From contig JASEHD010000002.1 of assembly GCA_030019075.1 (NCBI GenBank), positions 1 to 61,794 of the forward strand: a stretch of 61,794 nt of DNA, read 5' to 3'. Positions 27,737 through 38,044 of this stretch are shown here, piece after piece; the stretch's first letter is position 1; every line of letters begins with the position of its first letter. The notes beneath the pieces were generated by a model that saw only the letters and a program-made list of their open reading frames with translations, made no database searches and was not told the DNA's origin. The DNA comes from Bacteroidota bacterium. GTDB taxonomy: Bacteria; Bacteroidota; Ignavibacteria; UBA10030; SZUA-254. A program made the translations under genes and the position numbers.

Positions 27737-27783
27737 ATGTGGGAACATTTTCAACGGTAAAGAAAATGCTTCTCATAAGATAA
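27530..27783 (+). repeat. T9SS-CTD-coding repeat copy 2 (contains the frameshift)
   Basis: It shows nucleotide identity to copies 1 and 3 and lacks one G at about 27693. Confidence 0.85.
27703..27783 (+). other. displaced reading frame encoding the remainder of the CTD
   Basis: Hand translation gives [26 protein letters not shown]-stop. This matches the CTD tails of the neighbouring genes ([10 protein letters not shown]...KKTLLIK). Confidence 0.8.
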
Positions 27784-27792
27784 GGACATCCC

Positions 27793-30291
27793 ATGAAGAC
27801 AATCATACAAGTTTTGGCTCTTTTGTACCTAGGCAGTTTCCTCGCAGTCGCACAGACATTCGTCAGAAGCCCGGTGCAGGATTTTCTCATTAGTGAGGAA
27901 AATACACCCTCAACTTTCGTTCAGAGCAACGTCAGAATATTTCCCAAGTACACATCCGGGTTTCTTGCTGCGTGGCAGGACGATCGGGATGGTGACCCCG
28001 GCTCTTACGCACAAGAATTTGATGGCAGCGGTAATCCGGTTAGTGGAAATTTCCCGCTTTTTTCCAATGAGACAATCAGATTTACTAAGGACGGTTCTTT
28101 TCTTGTCCTCGGTTCTCGAGTGGTAAGTCACTCTCCTTGGTTCGATAATATGTTTGTTGTTGATGGCAGGTTCTATGATTCTTCCAAGCAGCAGTTGAAG
28201 ACGGCGAGCCTCGCTTCCGCAAGGTTACCGTGGTGCGGGACCGGCTACCTCGGAGTGGATTATCACTGCGCCAGTACCTCCGATAAGTACCTTTTCCTCA
28301 TGCGAGACGATGGACGTATCTCGTTGACTAAATACGACTGTCATGGAAACATCGTGTACCAATTTCCCGACTCGATGAGCAACTTAAGAATCGCAGCGAC
28401 TGCCTCGATTACTTCAAATGGTCAGAACGATTATATGCTGGCGTGGTTCCAGATAGACCAGTATTATCAACGACCAGTCGGTTACTTTGCAACCTTTTTT
28501 GATCGCCGCGATTCGGTGACCGCAGCAGGTCAGCCCCTGGGTTTTCCGATAGACACAACGGAGACCTATTTTGGAATACATATATTTCCTCTGCTAAAGA
28601 CAATCTCGATCTCTGATACCGCTTACCAAGTCTTTATCATCAACCGTGATTCGGCTATCATGTACTTCCGCAAGTTCGACCGGAAGGGAAATCAACTCGA
28701 CAACGTTCAGTGCCTTCCGATCCCTCATACGACAGGTGGTAGAATTCATATCCTCAACTTTTCTGTGTCTACCATGAAAAACAATTCGTTCGATATTCTA
28801 CTGACCAACGCCGAGTGGCATAACAACGGTACCACATACTTCAACGCATTGTACACCTTCAATGCAGACGGAATTCCAATTGGGGATATTCGGATCGATA
28901 CGACTCATTACTTCCGCCTAGGGGATAGCTTTATCAAAACTTCCGACAGTACATTTCAGATTGGCACACATGATGCCACAGATGTTTATCTCACAACACT
29001 CTTGAACCTGACTCCCATCGGAAGCATCAAGTTAAACGACGATCAATCCGGTAGCAACGAGATTGCCCCACTTGTCACGCCCGTTGATGATAGTCGTTTC
29101 TTCGTGATCTGGCAGGATGAGAGAAAAATATCCGGACAGATGGTAAATATCTATGGGACGAATGTAGATAGACAAATAACACTGGAGGGAAAAACGAGTG
29201 AGTTCTTCTCTGATCGAACGTGTGTAAATTTGTGGCTGAGAGGAGGAGTACCAAGCCAGGATACGCTCGGGCTCACGATCTACGATGGTAATTGGGGTGT
29301 TATCAGGCGAGACACGGTAGCAGTGGGACAACCCTGCGGCGGTACATCGGGTGAGGTAAAAATCCTTACCGACAGCACGTTCCTCGTATTATATCGAACA
29401 GATCACGGCAATGCCCGGCTGAAGCTTTTCAACAAGAGTGGCATTCAAATCGACGAGACGACAGTCGCAGCAAAAGATTACGTGTACAACCTTAAGATCT
29501 CCGTCAACGATCCAAACTCGTTTTGGGTTCACTTTGGTAATAAGGTACGGTTGTACTCAAACCAACTTCAACCGCTGTCGGATGCTATTGCCATGAATGC
29601 TGCACTTCACCTTGAAGACCAGAAATTCCTATTCATCACATTTGAAGAATACAGCCAGTCATACTACGGTATTATCGTTTCAACTGCTGGCGATACGCTC
29701 AAGAGCAAGTTCCTGCTCGCAAGTAGACCCGATGAGATCACTTACGGCAAATTGACGCCACGATATTTCCTTGTCGTGTTTAGAAAGTCGAACACGATCT
29801 ATGCGAAAGCATTCTCGAACGACGGAATTGCAGACCGGGACTCCATTGTCATTCATCGTTCCACGAGTGGTAACAAGAAAAATGGTACTTACTCAATACG
29901 TGATAATAAAGTATTTTTTGCCTGGTCTGAAGTTCGACCTCCAGTCAAAGGATACAGCATTTTCGGAAGCATCGTGGACGTATCAACCCTCGTGGGCGTG
30001 AAAGAAGCACCTACCATCAACGTTCCGTATGACTTCTCCCTTGAGCAGAACTATCCCAATCCCTTCAATCCATTTACAATTATCAAATATCAATTGCCAA
30101 TTGACAATTGGGTAACACTGAAAGTGTACAACGTGCTTGGGCAAGAAGTCGTAACGCTGGTTGATGAGTTTCAGGATGCAGGATACAAATCGGTTGAGTG
30201 GGATGCAAGTGGGATGGGGAGTGGAATATATTTCTATAAATTAACTGCTGGAAAATATATTTCCATAAAGAAGATGATTTTAATTCGATAG
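27793..30291 (+). CDS. secreted protein with T9SS C-terminal sorting domain, function unknown
   Basis: 832 aa. Signal MKTIIQVLALLYLGSFLAVAQ. Recurring W-x-D-x-R motifs (AAWQDDRDGD, VIWQDERKISG). CTD: [20 protein letters not shown]...IYFYKL. Confidence 0.8.
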   Translation: MKTIIQVLALLYLGSFLAVAQTFVRSPVQDFLISEENTPSTFVQSNVRIFPKYTSGFLAAWQDDRDGDPGSYAQEFDGSGNPVSGNFPLFSNETIRFTKDGSFLVLGSRVVSHSPWFDNMFVVDGRFYDSSKQQLKTASLASARLPWCGTGYLGVDYHCASTSDKYLFLMRDDGRISLTKYDCHGNIVYQFPDSMSNLRIAATASITSNGQNDYMLAWFQIDQYYQRPVGYFATFFDRRDSVTAAGQPLGFPIDTTETYFGIHIFPLLKTISISDTAYQVFIINRDSAIMYFRKFDRKGNQLDNVQCLPIPHTTGGRIHILNFSVSTMKNNSFDILLTNAEWHNNGTTYFNALYTFNADGIPIGDIRIDTTHYFRLGDSFIKTSDSTFQIGTHDATDVYLTTLLNLTPIGSIKLNDDQSGSNEIAPLVTPVDDSRFFVIWQDERKISGQMVNIYGTNVDRQITLEGKTSEFFSDRTCVNLWLRGGVPSQDTLGLTIYDGNWGVIRRDTVAVGQPCGGTSGEVKILTDSTFLVLYRTDHGNARLKLFNKSGIQIDETTVAAKDYVYNLKISVNDPNSFWVHFGNKVRLYSNQLQPLSDAIAMNAALHLEDQKFLFITFEEYSQSYYGIIVSTAGDTLKSKFLLASRPDEITYGKLTPRYFLVVFRKSNTIYAKAFSNDGIADRDSIVIHRSTSGNKKNGTYSIRDNKVFFAWSEVRPPVKGYSIFGSIVDVSTLVGVKEAPTINVPYDFSLEQNYPNPFNPFTIIKYQLPIDNWVTLKVYNVLGQEVVTLVDEFQDAGYKSVEWDASGMGSGIYFYKLTAGKYISIKKMILIR

Positions 30292-30340
30292 GGAGCAATT
30301 GATTCTTCCTATAAAAATTGTATATTGAAGCAAAATTTTG
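30037..30340 (+). repeat. T9SS-CTD-coding repeat copy 3 plus conserved 3' flank
   Basis: It shows nucleotide identity to copies 1, 2 and 4. The flank TAGGGAGCAATTGATTCTTCC...GTATATT matches 34331..34371 at about 31/41 positions. Confidence 0.85.
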
Positions 30341-30409
30341 AATCTTTGAAAATAATATGTAACTAAATTTCACTATTTAAAAAGCTTGAATCATATTAAA
30401 GGAGATGTC

Positions 30410-33400
30410 ATGTCAAGATTCCTTCAGCGAGCCGGAATACTATCATTGGTGCTAGTACTTTCTGCTAATGATAGTCTTACACAGATACCAACTATCACAA
30501 CGTTTGCCCCGACCTCAGGGGCGGTTGGGACGGCAATAACTATTACTGGTACGAACTTTAGTTCAACTCCCTCGGACAACATCGTCTACTTCGGTGCGGT
30601 AAGAGGAACTGTCACGACAGCAAGTTCTACACACCTGACTGTCACGGTTCCGGTTGGCGCATCATATACGCCAATTAGTGTAACCGTCAACAATCTGACT
30701 GCATACACACATTTGCCGTTCAACGTGACATTTCCTGCTCAGGGTACCATAGGACCGACTACTTTTCAGTCTGTAGGGCCATTTGCATTAGGCGGAAGCC
30801 CTTCTAGTGTCGTAGTTGCAGATATTGATGGTGATGGTAAGCCCGATATTGTCTCAGCAAATCAAACAGGAAAAAGTATCTCTGTGTTGAGAAATATGAC
30901 ACAGAGCGGATCAGTTTCATTTGATTCGATGGTTGATTTTACTACCCCTGGTGCGCCTTATTTTGTTACGAGTGCTGATCTAAATAGTGATGGGAAACTA
31001 GATCTTGCCGTAACAAACAATGACCGTAATTCGGTTTCAGTGTTTCTCAATACAAGCACAAATGGAATCATTTCATTAGCTCCAAATGTTGATTTTACAA
31101 CAGGTACAGGTCCTAACAAATTAGCTTTTGGAGACCTTGATACCGATGGAAAACCCGATCTTGTTGTAGCGGATCTTCATAGCGATTCAGTTTCTATCCT
31201 TTTGAATACGAGCACACCTGGAAATTTTTCTTTTTCGCCTAAAATTGATTTTGCAACTGGAGATAGGCCCTTCGATGTTGCAATTAGCGACCTCGATGGA
31301 GACGGTAAACCAGATATTGCGGTAACTAATCAGTATCAAAACACACTTTCTGTCTTTCGGAATAATAGTACAGATATAACATTTTCGCTTGCCGAGAAAC
31401 TTGATTTCCCAGGAGGGGGATCTCTGTCTGGTATTGCAATCGCAGATATAGACGGAGATGGGAAATCAGATCTCATTCATATAGGAGATGACGCAGTGGC
31501 TGTGTTACAAAATACTAGCACTGGCGGAACCATTTCATTTACCGGGCCTGTCAACTTTGGAGTTGGCTCGGCTCCACAAACCATTTCAGTAGGCGATCTA
31601 AATGGTGATGGTAAACCTGATGTAGTGTCAGCAAACTTACTTTCCAACACGGTGTCAGTTTTGCGAAATACAAGCACGCTGGGAATTATCAATTCGAGCT
31701 CGTTTGCTCAGCGAATTAATTTTGCGGGTGGATTTGCACCCAGTAGTGCTACAATAGGAGATTTCAATCTCGATTGGCTACCGGATATCGCTGTGGTAAG
31801 CTTCTTCGAGGATCAAGTCGCTGTGCTAAAAAATGCCATCCCTGTACAATCGTTCTTTTCTTTAATGCCGACCGCGCTATTTTTTGAAAACGTGAGTGTT
31901 GGAATGAGTAAAGTGGATAGTGTTACCATTACATACACTGGTACAGGTTCAATGATAATCTCATCGGTATCTTCCAGCAGCAGTGAATTCACTGTCAATC
32001 CAACAAGTGCTGTAATACCTTCGTTAGACAGTCAGAAATTTTATGTTACATTTACACCAAATACACCTGGTGCAAAGAGTGCAACTCTCTCTTTTTATCA
32101 TAATCTGCCTGGCTTACCAATAGTCGTATCATTAGAAGCAGGAACTCCTCCTCGAATAACCTCATTCATTCCTTCTTCTGGTCCAATAGGAACATCAGTT
32201 ACAATTTATGGAAGCGACTTCGATAATATTCCTTCGAACAATATTGTTTACTTTGGACCAACGAAAGTTCCAGATGAGGATATCCTACAGGCGAGTAATA
32301 CATCTCTTACTGTGAAAGCTCCACCAGGTGCTGCGTTCTTTCCACTATCGGTTACAACAGGAAATCACACAGCGTACTCAACATTGCCGTTTAACGTGAC
32401 TTTTCCGACAAGCAATATTCTCGATTCTTGTTCGTTTGCTTCAAGCGTAAGCTTTCTCGCAGGGGTTTCACCTTGGGGTATTGCAATGGGCGATTTAGAT
32501 AGTGACGGGAAATCAGACTTGGTAGTAACAAATGCAGGTAGCGGTAACACTATCTCGGCTCTTCGCAATATGAGTACAACTGGAGACATAGGACCAACTT
32601 CCTTTTCCGCTCCTCTACAATTCACTATAGGACGTAATCCTCGTGATCTTGCTATAGCAGATCTGGATGGTGATGGAAAGTTGGATATTGCGAATCCCAA
32701 TCTCGACGATCATACAGTATCAGTGTTAAGAAACATGAGCACTACTGGAAATATCTCATTTGCATCGAGGATTGATTTTGTCACGTCGAGCTACCCAAGG
32801 ACCACTGCCGCTGCAGATCTCGATTTAGATGGAAAGACTGATTTAATTATGAACTGCCATAACAGTAGCAACGGAAAAATCACAATATTGAGAAATATTA
32901 GCTCAATCGGAGTAATTTCTTTCGCCTCGAAGATCGATTTCGATGCTGGACAGGAACCAATTGATATAGCAATTGGCGATCTTGACGGGGACGGGACACC
33001 TGATGTGGTCTTTGTTGATTATGCAACCAGTGTAATATCAGTTTATCGAAATACGAGCACACGGGGTAATATCTCGTTTGTTGCGAAACAAATTTTTACT
33101 TCATCGACTCCACCCAAAAGTGTAACAATCGGAGATCTCAATGGGGATGGTAAACCTGAGCTTGTAGTCTCTACTGGTTATATTAATAGTATCAAAATTT
33201 ATAGGAACACAAGCACAGTTGGGACAATCTCATTTGCATTTGGTGGTTCTTACGCAGTAGATAGAGCGCCAACTACGATTGTAATTAGCGACATAACTGG
33301 AGATGGGAAACCTGATCTGGTCGTTGCGGATTATTACAATGCAAAGGTTACTGTTCTTAAAAACACAACAGTGAATTCTATTTTTACACCTACTTCTTTT

Positions 33401-34333
33401 TTACAACGAATAAGCTATAGGGTTGGATCCTTTCCACTCCGAATAGCTGCTGGTGACCTTGATAATGATGGCAGACCCGAGCTTGCGGTTACCAATCTTA
33501 ATGATCATTCTGTTTCGGTGATTCGTAATTCTGTTTCGCTACCACCAATTACAGTTTCACTAAACAACAGATGGAATTTATTATCAGTACCACTAACCGT
33601 CAAGGATCTAAAGAAGACAACCCTCTTCCCGACAGCAATCTCTGAAGCGTTTGCATTTCAGGGAATCTATATGGCTGAAACAACGCTAACCTATGGAAAA
33701 GGATATTGGATGAGATTCAACTCATCACAGTTTATCAATATCTATGGTAATCATCGCCTTGAAGATACTCTTGACGTTTCAGAAGGGTGGAATCTCATTG
33801 GGTCAATCAGTTTACCAATTCCTGCAGCGACAATTACTTCAAACCCACCAGGTATCGTTACATCAAACTTCTTTGGATACAACAACGCTTATTTAATCAT
33901 AGATACTCTTTACCCTGGAAAGGGTTGTTGGGTGAAGTCAAATCAAAATGGAAAGTTGATTCTCAGAAGTGGCGGCGAATCTGTCGCCACAGGCAGAATC
34001 AGGATTGTTTCAGATGGAGAAACTCCACCACAGCCACCAGAGTTGACTGAAGCGAGAGGCAATGTTCCGAAAGCTTTCGCACTCTACCAGAACTATCCCA
34101 ATCCCTTAAATCCATCGACAGTAATACAATATCAATTGCCAATTGACAATTGGGTAACACTGAAAGTATATAATGTTCTTGGTCAAGAAGTTGCAACGCT
34201 TGTTAATGAAATGCAAGATGCGGGCTACAAATCTGTGGAGTGGACTGCGAGTGAGATACCGAGCGGAGTTTATTTTTACCGACTAAATGCAGGTAATTTC
34301 ACCAAAATAATGAAAATGCTCCTGCTCCGGTAG
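30410..34333 (+). CDS. FG-GAP/VCBS-repeat protein with IPT/TIG-like domains and T9SS CTD
   Basis: The ATG at 30410 follows AAAGGAG. There are two IPT-like segments ([22 protein letters not shown] and [22 protein letters not shown]). It has more than 15 repeats of D(L/I)DGDGKPD...VSVL(R/L)N. CTD: [19 protein letters not shown]. Confidence 0.85.
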   Translation: MSRFLQRAGILSLVLVLSANDSLTQIPTITTFAPTSGAVGTAITITGTNFSSTPSDNIVYFGAVRGTVTTASSTHLTVTVPVGASYTPISVTVNNLTAYTHLPFNVTFPAQGTIGPTTFQSVGPFALGGSPSSVVVADIDGDGKPDIVSANQTGKSISVLRNMTQSGSVSFDSMVDFTTPGAPYFVTSADLNSDGKLDLAVTNNDRNSVSVFLNTSTNGIISLAPNVDFTTGTGPNKLAFGDLDTDGKPDLVVADLHSDSVSILLNTSTPGNFSFSPKIDFATGDRPFDVAISDLDGDGKPDIAVTNQYQNTLSVFRNNSTDITFSLAEKLDFPGGGSLSGIAIADIDGDGKSDLIHIGDDAVAVLQNTSTGGTISFTGPVNFGVGSAPQTISVGDLNGDGKPDVVSANLLSNTVSVLRNTSTLGIINSSSFAQRINFAGGFAPSSATIGDFNLDWLPDIAVVSFFEDQVAVLKNAIPVQSFFSLMPTALFFENVSVGMSKVDSVTITYTGTGSMIISSVSSSSSEFTVNPTSAVIPSLDSQKFYVTFTPNTPGAKSATLSFYHNLPGLPIVVSLEAGTPPRITSFIPSSGPIGTSVTIYGSDFDNIPSNNIVYFGPTKVPDEDILQASNTSLTVKAPPGAAFFPLSVTTGNHTAYSTLPFNVTFPTSNILDSCSFASSVSFLAGVSPWGIAMGDLDSDGKSDLVVTNAGSGNTISALRNMSTTGDIGPTSFSAPLQFTIGRNPRDLAIADLDGDGKLDIANPNLDDHTVSVLRNMSTTGNISFASRIDFVTSSYPRTTAAADLDLDGKTDLIMNCHNSSNGKITILRNISSIGVISFASKIDFDAGQEPIDIAIGDLDGDGTPDVVFVDYATSVISVYRNTSTRGNISFVAKQIFTSSTPPKSVTIGDLNGDGKPELVVSTGYINSIKIYRNTSTVGTISFAFGGSYAVDRAPTTIVISDITGDGKPDLVVADYYNAKVTVLKNTTVNSIFTPTSFLQRISYRVGSFPLRIAAGDLDNDGRPELAVTNLNDHSVSVIRNSVSLPPITVSLNNRWNLLSVPLTVKDLKKTTLFPTAISEAFAFQGIYMAETTLTYGKGYWMRFNSSQFINIYGNHRLEDTLDVSEGWNLIGSISLPIPAATITSNPPGIVTSNFFGYNNAYLIIDTLYPGKGCWVKSNQNGKLILRSGGESVATGRIRIVSDGETPPQPPELTEARGNVPKAFALYQNYPNPLNPSTVIQYQLPIDNWVTLKVYNVLGQEVATLVNEMQDAGYKSVEWTASEIPSGVYFYRLNAGNFTKIMKMLLLR

Positions 34334-34382
34334 GGAGCATTTGATTCTTTCATGGAAAATCGTATATTAATTCTAAGATAAA
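34078..34382 (+). repeat. T9SS-CTD-coding repeat copy 4 plus conserved 3' flank
   Basis: CAATTGCCAATTGACAATTGGGTAACACTGAAAGT is identical to copy 3. The flank is homologous to 30289..30329. Confidence 0.8.
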
Positions 34383-34401
34383 AACACAAAAAAAGGTATT
34401 A

Positions 34402-35286
34402 ATGCATCAACGAGAAATCGACCGTATCATTCAATCAATCTTAGGAGAACGACCAGGAATCACTTGTAAAGATGGTATCTGCACCGATGGACTTTGTGTT
34501 ATCCATAATAAAGATGGCGTCAAGAATATTGTTAAAAACGGTGCAGAGCGTGTTAGTGCAAGTATTGGAATTGAAGCTGCAGGAGGTATCGAATCTGAGC
34601 TGGGGAAAATGATCGATCATACACTCCTCAAACCTGAAGCAACCAAAGAGCAGGTCATTCAATTATGTAATGAAGCGAAGAAATATAATTTTGCCAGCGT
34701 TTGTATTAATCCGAGTTATGTGCCTTTGTGCGCCAAACTTTTACGAGATACATCGGTAAAAGTATGTACAGTAATTGGTTTTCCTTTAGGCGCAACATCA
34801 ACAGCTGCGAAAGCGTTCGAAACAGAACACGCTATACGTGATGGTGCAAAAGAGATAGATATGGTAATCAACGTTGGTATGTTGAAATCGGGTGAATATG
34901 ATTACGTTGAGAATGATATCTTCGCTGTTGCAACCACAACCCGACGGTATGGAGCGCTCGTTAAAGTGATCATCGAAACAGGATTGCTGACTGATGAAGA
35001 AAAAATCAAAGGATGCCTACTTGCAAAACGCGCTTGCGCCGATTTTGTAAAAACATCAACCGGTTTTGCAAAAGGAGGAGCAACTGTTGGTGATATAGCT
35101 CTTATGAGAAAAGTCGTTGGTACTGCTATGGGTGTGAAGGCATCAGGTGGCGTACGTACACGCGAAGAAGCATTAGCTATGGTCGCAAGCGGTGCTGATC
35201 GCATCGGTGCAAGTGCAAGCGTTAAAATTGTCGTTGGCGAAATTGAAACCCAACAAAAAGAAATATCAAAAACTCAATCATATTAG
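34402..35286 (+). CDS. deoC: deoxyribose-phosphate aldolase with an N-terminal extension of about 70 aa
   Basis: 294 aa. The DERA core is [22 protein letters not shown], and the Schiff-base Lys context DFVKTSTGF. The N-terminal extension is [16 protein letters not shown]...[11 protein letters not shown]. Confidence 0.88.
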   Translation: MHQREIDRIIQSILGERPGITCKDGICTDGLCVIHNKDGVKNIVKNGAERVSASIGIEAAGGIESELGKMIDHTLLKPEATKEQVIQLCNEAKKYNFASVCINPSYVPLCAKLLRDTSVKVCTVIGFPLGATSTAAKAFETEHAIRDGAKEIDMVINVGMLKSGEYDYVENDIFAVATTTRRYGALVKVIIETGLLTDEEKIKGCLLAKRACADFVKTSTGFAKGGATVGDIALMRKVVGTAMGVKASGGVRTREEALAMVASGADRIGASASVKIVVGEIETQQKEISKTQSY

Positions 35287-35309
35287 TTTCATATGAAAGG
35301 AAGGATATT

Positions 35310-35771
35310 ATGAGGCATCTTCAACATTTAATTCTGAGTATTCTTATTAGTACAGCATCTATACTCAACGGTTGTTCAAGTTCAGAAGAAGCAACGGAAG
35401 ACCGAGAAACTCCCCCAACAGGAGGAACGAACGTTTTACAAAAAGTCGACACTCTGAAGGTCGACATTCAAAACACTCAGAAACCAAATTATCAATCCAA
35501 AACTTCATCCTCAGATTTAAAGCGACCGAGAGGAATGTATTCTGTCCAGATCGGTGCTCACAAAATGCCGGATAACGCTGACCGGATTGCTGCCATCGCT
35601 AAGGAACGATACAACATTAATGTTTATACTATCCACGATAAAAATGACAACCTTTACAAAGTCATGATCGGCGATTTTAATACAAAGGAAGAAGCCCGAA
35701 ATTTTCGTGACGAGATTGTAAGACAATTTCCTGATGATTACAAAGATGCCTGGGTATCGGAGAATAAATAA
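35310..35771 (+). CDS. SPOR-domain lipoprotein
   Basis: 153 aa with lipobox ILNGC. C-terminal SPOR pattern YSVQIGAHKMPDNADRIA...YKVMIGDFNTKEEARNFRDEI. Confidence 0.75.
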   Translation: MRHLQHLILSILISTASILNGCSSSEEATEDRETPPTGGTNVLQKVDTLKVDIQNTQKPNYQSKTSSSDLKRPRGMYSVQIGAHKMPDNADRIAAIAKERYNINVYTIHDKNDNLYKVMIGDFNTKEEARNFRDEIVRQFPDDYKDAWVSENK

Positions 35772-36348
35772 TACCTTGATTCACTATCTCCACTTGGAAA
35801 AAACTGTGACTATCTTTCCCATTATTCTCCTTTTAATGATTACATTTATCTCAGGCTGTAAAACTGGTGAAGAAATCAAAAAAGAAGAACGAGTTGAAGA
35901 TGAGGTAAATGAATTTCTTGCAAAGTATGAAAAAACATTCGATCCTGCTGAATACGATGAGGATGTTGACAAAATTCTTCAAATGGTAAAACGACAGAAA
36001 GATATTATTGAGGCAGAAAAAATATTTAAAATCTCACCAGCCGAAACTATCCAGGGTTTCCGACTTCAGGTTCTTTTTACACCAGATATTCAACATGCGA
36101 ATCGGTTAAGAGATGAGCTCACAGATCGTCTCTCTGATACGTGGACTTATATTGTTTATGATGCACCATATTATAAAATTAGAGTTGGAAATTATCTTGA
36201 TCGAACCTCAGCCGCTGCCATGATGAAGAAATTAAATGGAATGGGATACAAAGATGCCTGGATCGTACCTGACAAGATAATTAAGAATCCGCCTCCCCGC
36301 CCACCCGATACATTGATTGAAGCTGAAAGAAAACCATATCCTCGTTAA
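35734..36348 (+). CDS. SPOR-domain lipoprotein (start uncertain)
   Basis: It has lipobox FISGC. SPOR pattern FRLQVLFTPDIQHANRLRDEL...YYKIRVGNYLDRTSAAAMMKKL. The ATG at 35734 overlaps the upstream gene, so a later start is possible. Confidence 0.68.
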   Translation: MITKMPGYRRINNTLIHYLHLEKTVTIFPIILLLMITFISGCKTGEEIKKEERVEDEVNEFLAKYEKTFDPAEYDEDVDKILQMVKRQKDIIEAEKIFKISPAETIQGFRLQVLFTPDIQHANRLRDELTDRLSDTWTYIVYDAPYYKIRVGNYLDRTSAAAMMKKLNGMGYKDAWIVPDKIIKNPPPRPPDTLIEAERKPYPR

Positions 36349-36361
36349 CAAACCAATGCAA

Positions 36362-38044
36362 CTATTTCAAGCGAATGTTAACTCCTTCGAGGGGCCAGCG
36401 CGCACGCAGTTTTAAAGTATCTGAATAAATTGAATATCGTTCAGCGGGTGTAAAAGGGAACGGTTTACCGAACGAATAGCTTCCATTACTATCAGCATCA
36501 TGAAATGCTGAGAGTATGTACATACCTTCAAATAGATTTTCAAATAAAAATTTTCCGATGGAGTCAGCCACCTGCCAATACGGCTTCGTTTGTTTCTTCG
36601 AAATATTTATCGCATTGACAAGAATATTCTGTTTCTGGTTTTCGTCAATCACTGTTCCGCTTATGCTGCTCAAAACCTTCTCTTCCACAGTCTGGAACTT
36701 TAATATTGAGATACTGTCTTTGAACGAATTTCCTGAGTAATCAATCACCGAATCCAATTGAATTTTAATTGTGTACCACATACCTAAATAAAATCTCTTC
36801 AAAGGAATGAAAAATGCTTCGGTTGAATTCTGCCAACGAAATCTTCCTTCAACTTTTTTATCGAGCGAATCAGTCAGTTTAAAACCATTTTCAAAAGATT
36901 TTACCAGTACTGCTTCACTAAATTGAATGTGAATCGTATCGTCGATAGGAATTTCTTTCGAATTGTTCCTTATATTTTTAATTTTCATTTCTGGTTTACT
37001 GGTGTCGGAATTTAAACTTGAATTAAATTCAGCCATATTTGTCGGGATTTTCATCAAATTCCCTTTTACATCTTTGAAGCCATTCAAAAGGACCCGGTAC
37101 ACTCGGTCAATCTCTTGTTTGTCAGTTACTATTTGAGCTTCCTTGTAAGGTGTTTCTGTAAATGAAAAATCAAATACGTTTAATGAAGTATTCGAAAGAG
37201 TATCAACTATCGAAACACTATCAATATTACCTGAGGTGATCTCCATTGATTCACTGAAACGGAGAAGAACATGACTCCAATCTATTGCACGAGCGCTTGA
37301 GAGAAATGGGGCAGCAGTATCCTCTTCTATCAATCGAAATTGAATCCCAATACGATGGAGACTATCGGAGCTTAGCATGATATCTGATGAAAACGTACCG
37401 TATTTGTCTATCTGCGGCTCGTACAGTAAATTTTTATAAGCATCCCGGACGGCTATCACACGATAAGTTCCGAATGCCAAATAGGGAAGAAGAAACGAGC
37501 CATCTTTCCCGGTTTGCGTCAGATAGTCTGGCTTTACTTTGGAAGGATTCAGTGTATCCGAAATTCGGCTGTCAAGTTGATAAGCGAATATCATTATCCC
37601 GTCAGGTTTATCATCATGTACGATGCCCGACATCGATGCCGAGTCTATCCTATTGCCTGTCGAAAATGGTAATGAGAACGCCTGCGCCATTTTGTTATTA
37701 CGTGTATCCTTGACATCCGTTCCAATTGTAACAACATAAGTGGTATTATTTCGTAAAGAATCCGAGAATAATATTTCAACATCCTTTCCACTCCACTCAA
37801 ATTCAAGTTCACCAAGTGATGGTGAGATGAAGAACGATTCTTGAAGTGTTCGTCTATCAATGTATTTATCAAATGAAAAAGAAAATCTATTATCATGGAA
37901 TTGCAGCGTTCCCGGCTTTGGATAAGTCTCAATAATCTTAGGTGAAGTAGTGTCGGGCGGACCACCAGAGGGAGATTGAATGCCGGCGCAGTGGAATGTA
38001 GTGATAATCAAACAAAGTATTGATCCGATTTTTACTGTATTCAT
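36362..38044 (-). CDS. Ig-like (SbsA/Big_5-type) domain lipoprotein
   Basis: 560 aa. N-terminus ITTFHCAGIQSPSGGPPDTTSPKII, typical of Ig-like domain lipoproteins. It is beta-rich throughout, with a DUF2141/CarboxypepD_reg-like tail. Confidence 0.55.
   Translation of the reverse strand: MNTVKIGSILCLIITTFHCAGIQSPSGGPPDTTSPKIIETYPKPGTLQFHDNRFSFSFDKYIDRRTLQESFFISPSLGELEFEWSGKDVEILFSDSLRNNTTYVVTIGTDVKDTRNNKMAQAFSLPFSTGNRIDSASMSGIVHDDKPDGIMIFAYQLDSRISDTLNPSKVKPDYLTQTGKDGSFLLPYLAFGTYRVIAVRDAYKNLLYEPQIDKYGTFSSDIMLSSDSLHRIGIQFRLIEEDTAAPFLSSARAIDWSHVLLRFSESMEITSGNIDSVSIVDTLSNTSLNVFDFSFTETPYKEAQIVTDKQEIDRVYRVLLNGFKDVKGNLMKIPTNMAEFNSSLNSDTSKPEMKIKNIRNNSKEIPIDDTIHIQFSEAVLVKSFENGFKLTDSLDKKVEGRFRWQNSTEAFFIPLKRFYLGMWYTIKIQLDSVIDYSGNSFKDSISILKFQTVEEKVLSSISGTVIDENQKQNILVNAINISKKQTKPYWQVADSIGKFLFENLFEGMYILSAFHDADSNGSYSFGKPFPFTPAERYSIYSDTLKLRARWPLEGVNIRLK

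Noticed and set aside
27654-27893. ORF 27654..27893 (+) spanning the junction of cargo genes 2 and 3
   Set aside because: It is a different frame from both the annotated CDS and the displaced CTD frame. It bridges an intergenic gap and the next gene's signal peptide, so it is an artefact.
31477-32700. Minus-strand ORFs within the FG-GAP gene (31477..31692, 31813..31998, 32365..32700); similar ones occur in the Ig-like gene (37387..37965)
   Set aside because: These are shadow ORFs opposite long repetitive coding sequence. They have no start-context support or motifs.
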